A DNA stretch of 44,592 nucleotides from Coniocarpon cinnabarinum (GCA_051942205.1 JAVECO010000185.1:1-44592), one strand, 5' to 3'; positions 11,505 through 23,125 are shown, numbered from the stretch's first letter. The notes: a model not told the origin generated them from the letters alone. Translations and numbers: made by a program.

Positions 11505-11948
11505 ATGCCAGACCCACCATCCAAGCAACGCCTTCCCACGGAACTAATCCACGAAATTATTCACCTCTCCCTACAACAAGAATACGACAACATCCCGCAT
11601 CACGAGCTCTCAGAAATTCGGATCGACCGTCGGCGCTGCGTAACGAAGACGGTCAGTACAGACGTCGAGAACTACATGCGACACGCTCTGGCGCTAGCAC
11701 TGGTGTGCAAAAGCTGCTTGCGTTGCGTCTTGCAGGGTCTCGCGAAATACGGAACGCACTTGTGGGAGGAGTTTCCTTGGGGTCCGTCTGGGCAGGTGAC
11801 GTGGAAGAAGGTGGAGACTTCTCGGACGGTGGCGGAGCGGCTTGCAGAGATTGGTGGTGGTGACTCTGGGCTGCGGTATTGGTCTCTGATGGCTCCTGCA
11901 CGGTCTCTGGACACTGCTCAGACGAGTGAGCCCTTAGGAAATCGCTAA
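11505..11948 (+). CDS. Small F-box-like array member 6 (147 aa; the only copy on the + strand)
   Basis: QRLPTELIHEIIHLSL ... YMRHALALALVCKSCLRCV. The ATG is preceded by a C/A-rich leader typical of fungal 5' UTRs. Confidence 0.75.
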   Translation: MPDPPSKQRLPTELIHEIIHLSLQQEYDNIPHHELSEIRIDRRRCVTKTVSTDVENYMRHALALALVCKSCLRCVLQGLAKYGTHLWEEFPWGPSGQVTWKKVETSRTVAERLAEIGGGDSGLRYWSLMAPARSLDTAQTSEPLGNR

Positions 11949-12304
11949 GATCAGTGTGATTTGATTTTCGATAATAGTGAATAGTACTGGATGTGAAGTC
12001 GATTTGAAGTGGATGATCGAGCCGTAATTTTAATTTCGGAGGTGCGACAGTGCTTCAGCCTTTCATGGTGGTAAACGGCACGCAACGCTCATTTCGTTGA
12101 AGCTGCACTCCGCGACTCGTCTCAGGTTAAGACGGCTCTACTTCAGCCCGTCCACGTGTGATTGAAAATGTGATTGAAGGTTTCAATGCATTGAGGTCTT
12201 TAATCTGTCACTGTAACACGCTGTCGGATTGCTATGATTGAGACTTCAAATCAGGAGGCTGGGCCTTATTCATCTACTGGCTTGTCCCACTTTTGACTCA
12301 ATTA

Positions 12305-12595
12305 ACCAACGCCGGCGTTAATTTGACGCGGATGGGCAGAATAGGTGAGCATCTTATGCACGAGTTTAATAGCAACTGTAAGGGTAAACTGGGGGAAAAG
12401 GGAGATGGCTAACTTTTTGGCAGCTTATTGGTGCAAGGAAGCTACTCCTTCGGGCTGGGATGCTGCTAAGGCTAAGTCTGGAATGCAGAGGTTGTTGCCA
12501 GTACTGATGTCTCGAAAAGATAGCCTTGCCTAACGTGTATGTCGCATGAAGAGATCTGACACAGTCATCGTTGGTAGAAGGTCGATTGGCACCAT
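12305..12595 (-). pseudogene. Possible decayed relic of the F-box-like family, with in-frame stops
   Basis: Manual translation from ATG 12595 gives MVPIDLLPTMTVSDLFMRHTR*ARL..., resembling FLPKSMVSRILEQRMYARL of member 1. Interrupted by TAG and TAA stops. The second motif is not evident. Confidence 0.25.
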
Positions 12596-13036
12596 TATCT
12601 TAGACCGGATCATCAATGTGCCGCGGTTCTCAGACACAATCTAAACAGTGCATATCTAATGGCTGTCTCTACTTGACAAGCGTAGCGAGCATTGACATTG
12701 TGAAATCGGGTTGCATAGGCATCTTCGAGCATTTAAAACCTCGACGCAATTGAAAAGGTAGTGGAGTGGCGCGGGATGTAGCTGGGAAAAGACTGGCAGC
12801 AGTGGGAGGATGATGCAGCAAGAAATGGAAGGGCTCGGCGAAAGGAGAAAGGAGCATTTACCTTGCAGTATTCTTTGGAAAGCAGTTTCCTGAGCATGAC
12901 CTGTTCAGTGCTCATTGATTGTGTGTGAGCGTGCTCACTCATGTGATCCATTGGCAAAGGATCTCCTGATCGGTTTGCTAGACTTCGAAAGTTGTGAGAC
13001 TGCTAAGCGCTCTGTATCTTCGGATTTCCAAGGATG

Positions 13037-13708
13037 TCAATCCAGTGGGATAGAGTTCTTCGCGACCAGTTTCTTGACAAGGTGCTCAGGGAGATGTCTA
13101 TGCACCATGTACCTTGGTTTCGGATCCTTGGAAAGCTCTGCAAAGCAATTCTGAGCGCTGGTTGCAGAGGTTGAGCAGCTCTTGGCCCAGGAGAACTCTC
13201 CTGACACAGTTACTCTGGCAGTCTCACCGTCAATAGCTATTTCCCGAAGGGCAATGGAGCACACTTACGGTGGAAAGACACGGCGATGCGCTCCAGCCAC
13301 AACTCGGTCGAGCTTTTGAATCACACAAAAGTCAATCTCATTTCGAAACCCCCCTAGGTACTCCTTTTGTTTCCAAAACTTGTTGAGCACTTCCTCCCTC
13401 ATATTCCCTCGCCGTGGTTTGACGGACGCATTTATCGTCGCCTTGAGAAGTGGTTGGCACATTGTAATCAGCAGGTCATAATGGCGTTCGCTTAATTCCC
13501 GGACGCGGTTGAGCAATGCGCGGGAAACAAAGGCAAGGCACTGAGCCAAGCCGAGATACGCGTTCTTTCGCTTTCGACAAGATTCCGAATTGAGGATTTT
13601 TCCGGGCTGAGTGAGATCGAGGGCTTGAATAGCGTCATCCCAATGCTCGCTCAATGCGACAGTGGCTATCTCCAGGATGAGTTCTAATGGGAGCTTTGGT
13701 GGTGACAT
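13037..13708 (-). CDS. Small F-box-like array member 7; exon 13708-13269 and probable second exon 13214-13037 (ends at 13265 if unspliced)
   Basis: MSPPKLPLELILEIATVAL ... YLGLAQCLAFVSRALLNRV. The TAA stop lies inside a GTAAGT donor, and a 54-nt intron (13268-13215, TTGAC branch, CAG acceptor) would join the next in-frame ORF. Confidence 0.68.
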
Positions 13709-14300
13709 TTCGTAGACTTGACCATGGGTAGGTGAGAAATTGGTTGACTCTTGAATATGAGCAGAGTGTGATGGAAAGCAAGTTTCCCCACCTGCTGCCT
13801 CCACATGTGAGCGCTATCTCCACCTATCATCACCTAGCTTAGCATGAAGTAGCCTGAGGCTCAAGGTTCAACAGTAGACCCCCTTTTCACGTAGCTTCAC
13901 GAGCCCGCTGACCAATTCAAGTAAGTCTCCCAGATCAATCCAAGGACTCAGAGCTGACTCGAATTTGTAATTCGATAGAAGCAAAGCGAAGAACTGCGTC
14001 AACGATGTAGGTAGGTACATTGCCCAATGTCTCCGTGCTTGTCAGAAGAGACAGCAGTGAAAGGCTGCTTATCAGCAGATGAGGCCTCTATAATTGCATT
14101 CTCTATTTTGCTATCGTTTGAGAGCTCCTCCTATTTAATCCTTGGTCAACGTTACGTTGCCCTATCCCTAGTCATTGTCCAACCTCGCTGACGCTCGCAC
14201 CGACGCCGGGAGTAGCTTCGCATGGCTTCTCTGGAAAGCATAGCATCTTATTCATTTTCCGGGCCTGATTACTCAGCACACCAAATTCCCCTATTCCTTT

Positions 14301-14676
14301 TCACGCACGATGGCGGACTTGTTGGCATTGGAACCTCTCAAGTTTGAAGCCTCGTGCTTCGGCCCTTCGCTGTAACCTGAGAGGTACCGGGCTCCCGCGG
14401 GAGGTGAAACGGATTGCGGCTGTATAGAGCCATACAGCCTCTTCAAGGAGCTCTTGAATAAGTGGTTCGATTGTTGAATAGACACGTTCGAAAAAAAAGC
14501 CGTGAAATTTGTGCAACCTGAAGCATGCCACACATCAGACTGCAACGCAGATTATGATCCCAGCTTTGGCGACACAAACGCTTCAGATCCTCCAACTGAG
14601 ACAGAATACATGCAGAGATTATGCGCAGGATGACTCCTATCGGGAGCTGTGCCCATTCGCTGATCTTTAAAGACAT
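14301..14676 (-). pseudogene. F-box-like array member 8, frameshifted in a T8 homopolymer (14491-14498)
   Basis: MSLKISEWAQLPIGVILRII ... MLQVAQISRLFF. Removing one T continues into ERVYSTIEPLIQELLEEAVWL (ORF 14301-14531), matching the family pattern [SC][KR]xxLxxV. Confidence 0.55.
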
Positions 14677-14932
14677 TACAGTCGCGTCGCAAGCATTGGC
14701 ATCACGGAATAGAAGATACCGTGGGTCACCGTTCACCTAAAATTCTAGGCAACAAGCTCAGCGGGTCACGTGCCAGGGGCTGGATTGCCCCTCCAACAGG
14801 CACTAGCGCGGCATGGCATCCACACTCCCCGCCAAGTAAACATTGTGCGCAGCTAGGAATTATATAGGTACAGTACCCACGCATTCCTTCGTTCACAAAG
14901 TCCGCTTTCAACACCCCTCGCCCATCCTCACG

Positions 14933-16515
14933 ATGCGTGGCGAAGTTCTGCATCTTCATGTCGGCCAGGCTGGCACGCAGCTCGGCAATGCCGCTTGGGA
15001 GTTGTATCTGCTAGAGCATGGTCTGCTTCCTGACGGTCGTCTGGACAAGAACTCAGAACACGCCGACGAGGGCGGCGCCTTTGAGACCTTCTTCACCGAG
15101 ACTGGCAGCGGCAAATACGTGCCTCGATCGATCTTCGTAGACCTCGACCCATCTGTGAGCATCCTCGAGCGCTTTATGCCCGTTCCCAAAATTGGCACTA
15201 ATCAGACTGAAAGCCCATTGACGAGATCAGAACTGGGGCCAGTAGAGACTTGTACCATCCAGAACAACTGATCAGCGGAAAGGAGGACGCGGCGAATAAC
15301 TGTGGGCAATGATGCGTTGCTGCATGCAAAGAGAAGTGCGCTGAGAGACTTGAACAGATGCTCGCGGTCACTATACTGTTGGAAAGGAGCTTGCCGACAA
15401 TGTCATTGACCGCATCCGACGCGTAGCAGGTCAGCAGGGGCTTGATGACAAATCGAACCATCAGTCGTATGCTCACAAGCTACAGACAATTGCTCGTCGC
15501 TCCAAGGCTTCCTCATCTTTCATTCCTTTGGAGGTGGAACAGGATCCGGCTTTGGCGCACTTCTGCTCGAACGCCTCGCGACGGACTATGGGAAGAAGTC
15601 GAAGCTAGAGTTCTCCGTCTACCCAGCTCCTCAAGTCTCAACGTCCGTCGTCGAGCCCTATAACGCGGTTTTGTCAACGCACAGCACCATCGAGAACTCT
15701 GACTGCACCTTTCTGGTTGACAACGAAGCCGTCTATGACATCTGTCGTCGCAACCTTGATATCCCTCGCCCCACGTACGAGCATCTGAATCGTTTGATCG
15801 CTCAGGTTGTCAGCTCCATCACTTCCAGCTTACGATTTGATGGTGCACTCAACGTCGACCTAGCTGAATTCCAGACTAATCTTGTCCCATACCCACGCAT
15901 CCACTATCCATTGATCAGCTACGCGCCTGTGGTGTCTAATCAAAAGCGCCACCATGAGAGCTTCAAGGTCCACGATTTGACGAACCAATGTGAGTTGCTT
16001 GCGCAACAGCTACTCTATGGGAACGATTGTGACTGATCACTCGAGCAGGTTTTGAGCCTTCAAATCAAATGGTTGTGTGCGACCCTCGCAATGGCAAGTA
16101 CATGGCAGTCGCTCTCCTCTACCGTGGCGACGTCGTTCCGCGAGACTGCTCGGCAGCCGTCGCAGCCCTTAAAGCAAAGGCATCTTTCAACCTCGTTGAG
16201 TGGTGTCCGACGGGTTTCAAGATTGGCATTAACTACCAGAAGCCCATGACTGTTGCTTCTGGCGAAATGGCTCAGGTGGACCGATGCGTGAGCATGCTTA
16301 GCAACACCACTGCTATCGCCGAAGCCTGGAGCAGACTGGACCACAAGTTTGACTTGATGTACAGCAAGCGCGCGTTTGTCCATTGGTATGTTGGGGAGGG
16401 CATGGAGGAAGGAGAGTTTAGTGAAGCGCGAGAAGACCTCGCAGCTTTGGAGAAAGATTACGAAGAGGCTGGAGCGGATGAGCCAGGGGCTGAGGACGCA
16501 GGAGAAGAGTACTAG
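14933..16515 (+). CDS. tubB: Alpha-tubulin, divergent alpha-2 (tubB-like) paralog; exons 14933-15154, 15214-15301, 15358-15429, 15486-15989, 16049-16515
   Basis: [86 protein letters not shown] and a C-terminal EEY. Four GT-AG introns. The MRGE/YLLEHG N-terminus is typical of the second Pezizomycotina alpha-tubulin. Confidence 0.95.
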
Positions 16516-16924
16516 ACATTGTGAAGACGAGATCACGTAGGATACCCGTCGAGTGATCTACGAAGGTTGAACGAACCGGGTTGGTTGGAATGATTTAGAT
16601 AGAACGGACTCCCGTCATATGTAGGGGCCTGTCTCTCTGTCTGGCCTCGGAGCAGTTAGCTAATGAGTGCCACTGAGGAGCCAATCGAAAGCCAATTACG
16701 CCAAGACTTTGCCCACCAGCCATATCTTTAAGTCTCAACCTACAAGTATCTCCATCCACATGAATCAACTCTGCATTCTTCACACCACTAGCCATCTTCA
16801 ACTTGAACGATGAAGTCGTGCAACGCTGTTGTTGAGCGGGACAAGGTTTCGCAAGAATTACTTTGGTTAGATTCAAGCTAGACATCGGACTGCCCAGGTC
16901 CTTGGCTGCCGCCGTGTCTTGGCC

Positions 16925-18339
16925 ATGAATGGCCTTCCAACCAAGGTCATTGATCCAACGCGCTTATCCGCAGAAGATGCCTATACACGCTCGCCTCCGA
17001 CCCCGTCTTACACTTCAGAGCTGTCTGACGGCAATGGAGGGGACATGCACCACCATTCGCGACGGCTGAAGGCCCATCATCGACACCGTACCAGGAGCAG
17101 GCGGCGGAAGTCAACAACCTTCAAGAAGCTGCTGTGGGTCAAGCATGACTGTATGTAGACGGACAATGGAGCCATAGCATGACATGAAATTGACGAAGGC
17201 TAGGGCCCGACAACTACACCGACGAGGAAACCTTTCTTGACAATCTAAAGCTCAATCCGCGCATGCAAAGATATGAGTTCTGGCCGCTGGTTTCAGACTC
17301 ACAGGTGATTGTGCAGCAAGTGTGCGCCGTCATCATCTTCGTGTGCTGCTTCTCTGGGATCATACAAGCGCGTGTCTCCCCTGTCACCGTCGTAACTACC
17401 GGCACCTTTTTGACAGTGGTTGGATGGTTTCTGTGGGATTACTGGTGCGGAAAAGAAGAGGCTCTTCGGCCAAAGGGACAAGAGACGGCCAAGACGGAAG
17501 ACATCCATGTCAAGAAGACTGCAGAAGATGGTGATGGATCAGCCGTTGGTCTGGGTTTGAACATGGCACATGAGTCAAGCGCCTCAGTAACGACCCAGGA
17601 GCATTCGCGCAACGCGAGTACCACTTCGGTCAAGCAAAGCGGTACTGGTCAGGATTGCGAAAGCCTAGCGACAGCATCAGCGGAACCGTCCAAAGTGCAG
17701 TCAATAGCTCCTGGGACGCACTTCAGTCTCGACACGGCCACCTCTCAATGGTCTGTTCGCAACCAACAGCGCATCGCTACGCTTAAATCTGCCTTGCTCA
17801 TCTATTGCGCACTTCTTGGTCTGTCACCAATTCTCAAATCTCTCACGAAGTCCACCGCAAGCGACTCGATCTGGGCCATATCATTCTGGCTCATGAGCAT
17901 CAACGTATTCTTCTTCGACTACGGCGGCGGTGTTGGTGACATTTTCCCAGCTTCCCTATCCACGAACGCAGCACTCATGGCGAGCACTGTCCTCGCGTCA
18001 CGTCTGCCTTCGACCAGTCATGTCTTTTCACTCACACTGTTTTCAATCGAGGTCTTCGGCTTGTTCCCAGTCTTTCGGAGATACTTGAGGCATGTTTCAG
18101 GGCGAGCTCACAAGTGGTTAACATGGTCACTGGTCATGGGCGCAGGGGGAGGCACCGTGTCGATGTTCACAAATGGCGGCTGGGCGCCGGCGATATTGGG
18201 AGCCGTGCTGGGTCTATTGGTGACCGGGATAGCGATGGGTGTTTTGAGCTATTGGCTGATTTCGTTGCAAGTGTACAAGAACGAAATACACGGTCCTTGG
18301 GATCCTGCACGGCCAATCATTCGAAGACGTTGGGACTAG
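16925..18339 (+). CDS. GPI2: GPI-GlcNAc transferase subunit GPI2/PIG-C; exons 16925-17150, 17204-18339
   Basis: Spliced KKLLWVKHDWPDNYTDEETFL, LSPILKSLTKSTASDSIWA, SLSTNAALMASTVLASRL, YKNEIHGPWDPARP. Intron GTATGT...TAG at 17151-17203. Confidence 0.94.
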
Positions 18340-19575
18340 AAGTCGAGTCGAGCGTGGAGTCGCTGGTCTGTAAAACAAACACACGTCTAGGCTTCCTAGT
18401 TATGGAGCATTCTGAAGCACTTCTGATTGCGCTCCTTCGCACTGTCTAATCGGGGCGCAGACCATGAACGTCTAGCTTATTCAAGCCCCATCGCAGATAG
18501 ACACTTTGTTCTGTTTGACTCAACGTCACTGTGATCGACTACTTATGCAAGGTACCGCAATATCTGCATGTAAGACGTAAAGTCAAAGGTCTGGCTCAAC
18601 GTGGGTGGAAAGTCTTGACGATGCAGATGGGTTGATTTGATTATCCAGGCTGTCGATCTTTACGCGAACCTGACACATTCGTAGTAGCTATTTAGATATT
18701 GTTATCTTCCCCAGGACTAGTGATCCACGTGGTCGTGATTGAAAGTGCTCAAATACAAGCTCTGATGCTGGACCATAATGATCGACACCCTGTCTTAAGA
18801 CACCCTGTCCAGAATCGGGTCTTGGCACTGATTCGCAAAGTGCCGAGCTTCGACAGCGGAGCCACCGGCGCCATCTCATGTCACTGAAGATTGTAATGAG
18901 CCCTTACACTTTCGTCCAAACACACCAATTTCGAGCTCAGCAACACGCGCAGATCGACTCTACGTAGTCTATACTCCAACCAAGAATCTGATTAGTCGTC
19001 GATCGAACGTGCAGAATCAAGGCACTACTTCCTCGCGACTGAGCCTCCAAGCGCCTATCCGCAAAGTCCTTGCTCCTAATTCAACTTTACACTTGCCGCT
19101 CACCTCTGCGTCCTTTCACCTTTGGCTTTCGCCGCAATACCATTCCGCTCTAGAGCGCCATCATCATCAACTGACAGATACCTCTTACCTCTTGATCGAA
19201 CTCCCTCCTCCCCTCTCCGCTGAGCCACTCTCGGTCATCAGGACTGGCGCTTGCGGCGACGTCCTGCCTTTTCTCTTTCCGGCCGTCGACCAAGCAAGCT
19301 CCTTCGTCAATACACCCAGATACCGCTAGCTACGCTTGACTCCCTGGCCTCTGGTGGAGTTCTGTCGTGTCAAAGACCCGCGGTGTCATAAAACAGAATT
19401 TCAACCGCAAGATTCGGCAGCACGTGGTACAAGGTCTCACCACAATTGTTTGGGGATGAGAAGCAACGCAGTCTGCGGTCGTCAACTATAGCTGGTGTAT
19501 CTACACTTCCTGCACGACGCTCGATGGTTCACGCGGGAGCCTTTTCCAAGGTGCTTTGTGTTAGATACTTCGACC

Positions 19576-22500
19576 ATGGATCCCAATTGGCGTCAACAGC
19601 TGCGCACGAGTGATGATCAGCCTAACATCAACGAGGAGAGATTACGTGCACCTCCGAGAGAGAGGCCTTATGAGCCTCCACGAAGACCCAGCGCGACGCG
19701 AGTGTGTGGTAAATGTGGTCAATCCCTATCAGGTCAATTTGTGCGGGCTTTGGACGGCACTTTTCATCTTCAATGTTTTACATGTCATGTGAGTGAAGTC
19801 AACCCCCCTCTCACCTGAAAACGCATTTACTGACTCCACCTGTAGGACTGCGGTGAAACCGTCGCCTCCAAGTTCTTCCCTTACCCAGAGTCAGGTCCGG
19901 CGCAATATCCGCTCTGCGAGCGAGACTACTTCAAACGCCTGAACTTGATCTGTTTCACATGTCAGAATGCCCTGAGAGGATCATACATTACGGCATTAGA
20001 TCGCAAATATCATGTGGAGCATTTTACTTGTTCTGTTTGCCCTACCGTTTTCGGCGCGTCCGACAGCTACTATGAACATGAAGGAAGCATCTACTGTCAT
20101 TACCACTACTCTACACGATTTGCTCAAAGATGCAATGGATGTCAGACTGCCATTCTTAAGCAGTTCGTCGAGATTTTCAGAAACGGCGAGAATCAGCATT
20201 GGCATCCTGAGTGCTACATGATTCACAAGTATTGGAATGTCCGTCTCGCACAACCAGGTGATCACCTCAACGATGAGCGCTTGTTAGAAAATGATGCGGA
20301 CGAGGCCGGACGCGTCCGCGTCCGGCATGAAGAAGAGCGCATTGAGCAAAAGGTCCTGTGGATTTGGCGAACTTTGTCTGGCTACGAAGAAAAGTCTGCC
20401 ACCTGCATCTCGGACATGCTTCTTCATGTCAGCAACGGTGCCTACGTCGACGGCGTGATGGCAGCCAAGAAATTCATCTTGCATGTCGAGTTACTTTTCA
20501 ACGCTGCGGACGATTTGGACCAATTGCTGACTTCACGGACTTCGAAGGGTGAGTATGACGCGAAAGTGAATGAGACAAGTCTGCTGACAGACATTCCAAG
20601 GTCTTTCGTATTCTCGAGAGGCAAAGCTCTTGTGCAAAAAGGTCGTAGCCTTTTTCACCCTGCTCGCGCAATCCCAAGACACAGGCGTGCGGCGACTGGG
20701 CGTCACTCAGGAGTTGTTGTCCCTGGTCACCGGTCTGGCTCACTACCTCAAGCTGCTCATCCGCATCTGCTTACAGGGATCGCTCCGCTTCGAACGCGAA
20801 ACGAAGAGTGAGGACAGCCTTCGCTTCTTCCTCCACAGAGTCGACTCGCTCGAGACTAAGCTGGAGAACGATGAGCTAAACGAGAGCCGCGACACCACGA
20901 ATTATGTCCATGTTGCTGCAGACACTTGTCCTATCTGCACAAAGCCCGTCGAGGACCGCTGCTTCCGACACTCCGAAAAGGTCTTCCACTACTCTTGCAT
21001 GCGATGCGAAAGCTGCAAGCGCGACTTGATTCAGGATTGCCAGCACGCCAATTGGGACAATCGAGACGAGCGGCTGGTGTGTGACGACTGCATTGGAGAC
21101 GTCAGCTACGGGTTGCACGGATTCGTACCAGTGACGAGGTTGCAGCAGTACGTGCACTTGCTGCGTGTGGCGCATGCGCGGCTTTTGGCGAATCTTCGCA
21201 CGAGCGGTGCTCTGCCGCATACCTCAGGTATGAAAATATCAAAAGGCAGACTGAGTTTCGGTGCTGACAAGATCTCAAGACGATCCAAACCTGGAAAAGT
21301 ATGATTCGAGTTCGGGGCATCGTACAGAGACCAGCCAGCCACCGATGCTGCGGGCGGATTCACGATCCAAGTCGTATGCTGGTCGCAGCTCGAACGAGCA
21401 GCCATCGAATTCGTACGAGAATACGCTATCTGACATTCGCCGCTTGCGCTCAACGAGAATGGATAAGCACCTATCGAATGCCGCAACACGGCGAGGGCGC
21501 GAGTCCACGGTCATTGATGGGCCTAATGGAGTTCGTCCTGGATCCGCGGGCGAGGCAGACCGGGAAAACAAGCAGGGTTTTAGAGTCGTGCAAGATCGAG
21601 ATCAGGCAGGCAAAGACGTCCCTCGAATCGCTTTTGGAGCTCAAGACTCGATTCGTCTGGATGATATTCCTCGATTAGTGGCCGCTGAGCAAGCGAAGGA
21701 GCAAAGACCAAACGCCAGCAAATTCGCTCGCGGCGGTCTTGCTCAGTCCGAACCAAAGCCAAAACTTATGCCAGCTCACCGGCGAGACACATCGGGCGGC
21801 CAGGAACTTGATAAGCTTGGACCGGAAGGTCATCGCCAAAAGAAATATTTCTCGGAGTTGACAGCACTGGAGTATTTCATCGTTCGACACGTCGCTGTTC
21901 TGTCGATGGAACCATTGCTTGAGGGCCACTTCAACCAAGAAGAATTACTGGATTTGATCGAGATGCGAAAACCAACCTTCTGGGGCAAATTTGGTAAAGC
22001 CTTCCAGAAAAAGGATGAGAAGCCGAAAAGCGTCCGCAAAAAGGGCATTTTCGGCATTCCTCTTGAAGTGCTCGTTGAGCGTGATGGCGAAGAGTGCAGC
22101 GACGGCGTTGGGCCCAATCCATTGAAAATCCCAGCACTTGTTCAGGATGCGATCGCGGCAATGAAGACCATGGATATGTCGATTGAAGGCGTCTTCCGCA
22201 AGAATGGCAACATCAAGCGTCTTAGACAGATGGAAGAAGCCATGGATCAGAAAGGCTCCAGCGAGGCGGTTGATCTGAACTCAGAGTCGCCAGTGCAGGT
22301 TGCTGCCCTACTTAAACGTTTTCTACGTGGCCTGCCTGACCCGGTCATGACCTATAAGCTGCACCGGCTTTTCATCACAACGCAGAGTAAGTTCGCTAAA
22401 GATCTTGCACGTTGCAACAAGCTAATGATTTTGCAGAGATTCAAGATGAGCAAGCGCGGCTACGCATTCTTCATCTTGCGTGTTGCTTGCTTCCCAAGCC

Positions 22501-23125
22501 CCATCGTGACACCATGGAGGTGCTCTTCTGTTTCCTCAATTGGGCATCATCTTTCTCAGTCGTCGACGAAGAGTCAGGATCAAAGATGGACGTTCACAAC
22601 CTCGCGACCGTGATTGCTCCGAATATCTTGTTCTCCAATTCCAAACAGGAGACGATGGAAGACTCCTTCTACGCTATCGAGGCCATCTCAACCTTGATAT
22701 CCTACAACGAATACATGGCCGAGGTTCCCGAAGACATTCAGATGATCCTCAACGACTCCAGCGTCTTTGGTGGCAGTGCCGACCTCACTACCAAGGAAAT
22801 ACTCAAACGTTATCAAGATTTCGGAAAGAGTGGTGGCATGCCTGGAAACGCAGACAGCACTGGTGCAGGTCCAGGCATTTCACGCACGCACGAAGGCCAC
22901 GGGTCCAACCCAGTGGTACAATCTGTCAGCAGTCCGACAGCACCTTGGCGCGCCGAAACGCAAATGCGAGGGACTCAGCCAGGTGGTCCCACTTCCTATC
23001 CGACCCCGCCAGCCCCAAGCCAAAACGGGTTTTATGGTGCACCGAACAGTCAGTATGGAAGTCGAGACTCGTTCGCGGCTAATGGCAGTCCGAGTCGATA
23101 CCCTGGGAAGCATGTGGCGACGTGA
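19576..23125 (+). CDS. LRG1: LIM-domain Rho GTPase-activating protein (Lrg1/Rga1-like); exons 19576-19788, 19846-20548, 20601-21227, 21280-22386, 22437-23125
   Basis: LIM motifs CGKC...FHLQCFTC, CFTC...YHVEHFTCSVC and CPIC...FHYSCMRCESC. RhoGAP motifs IFGIPLE, EGVFRKNGN, VAALLKRFLRGLPDP and SKMDVHNLATVIAPNIL. Four GT-AG introns restore the frame. Confidence 0.92.
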
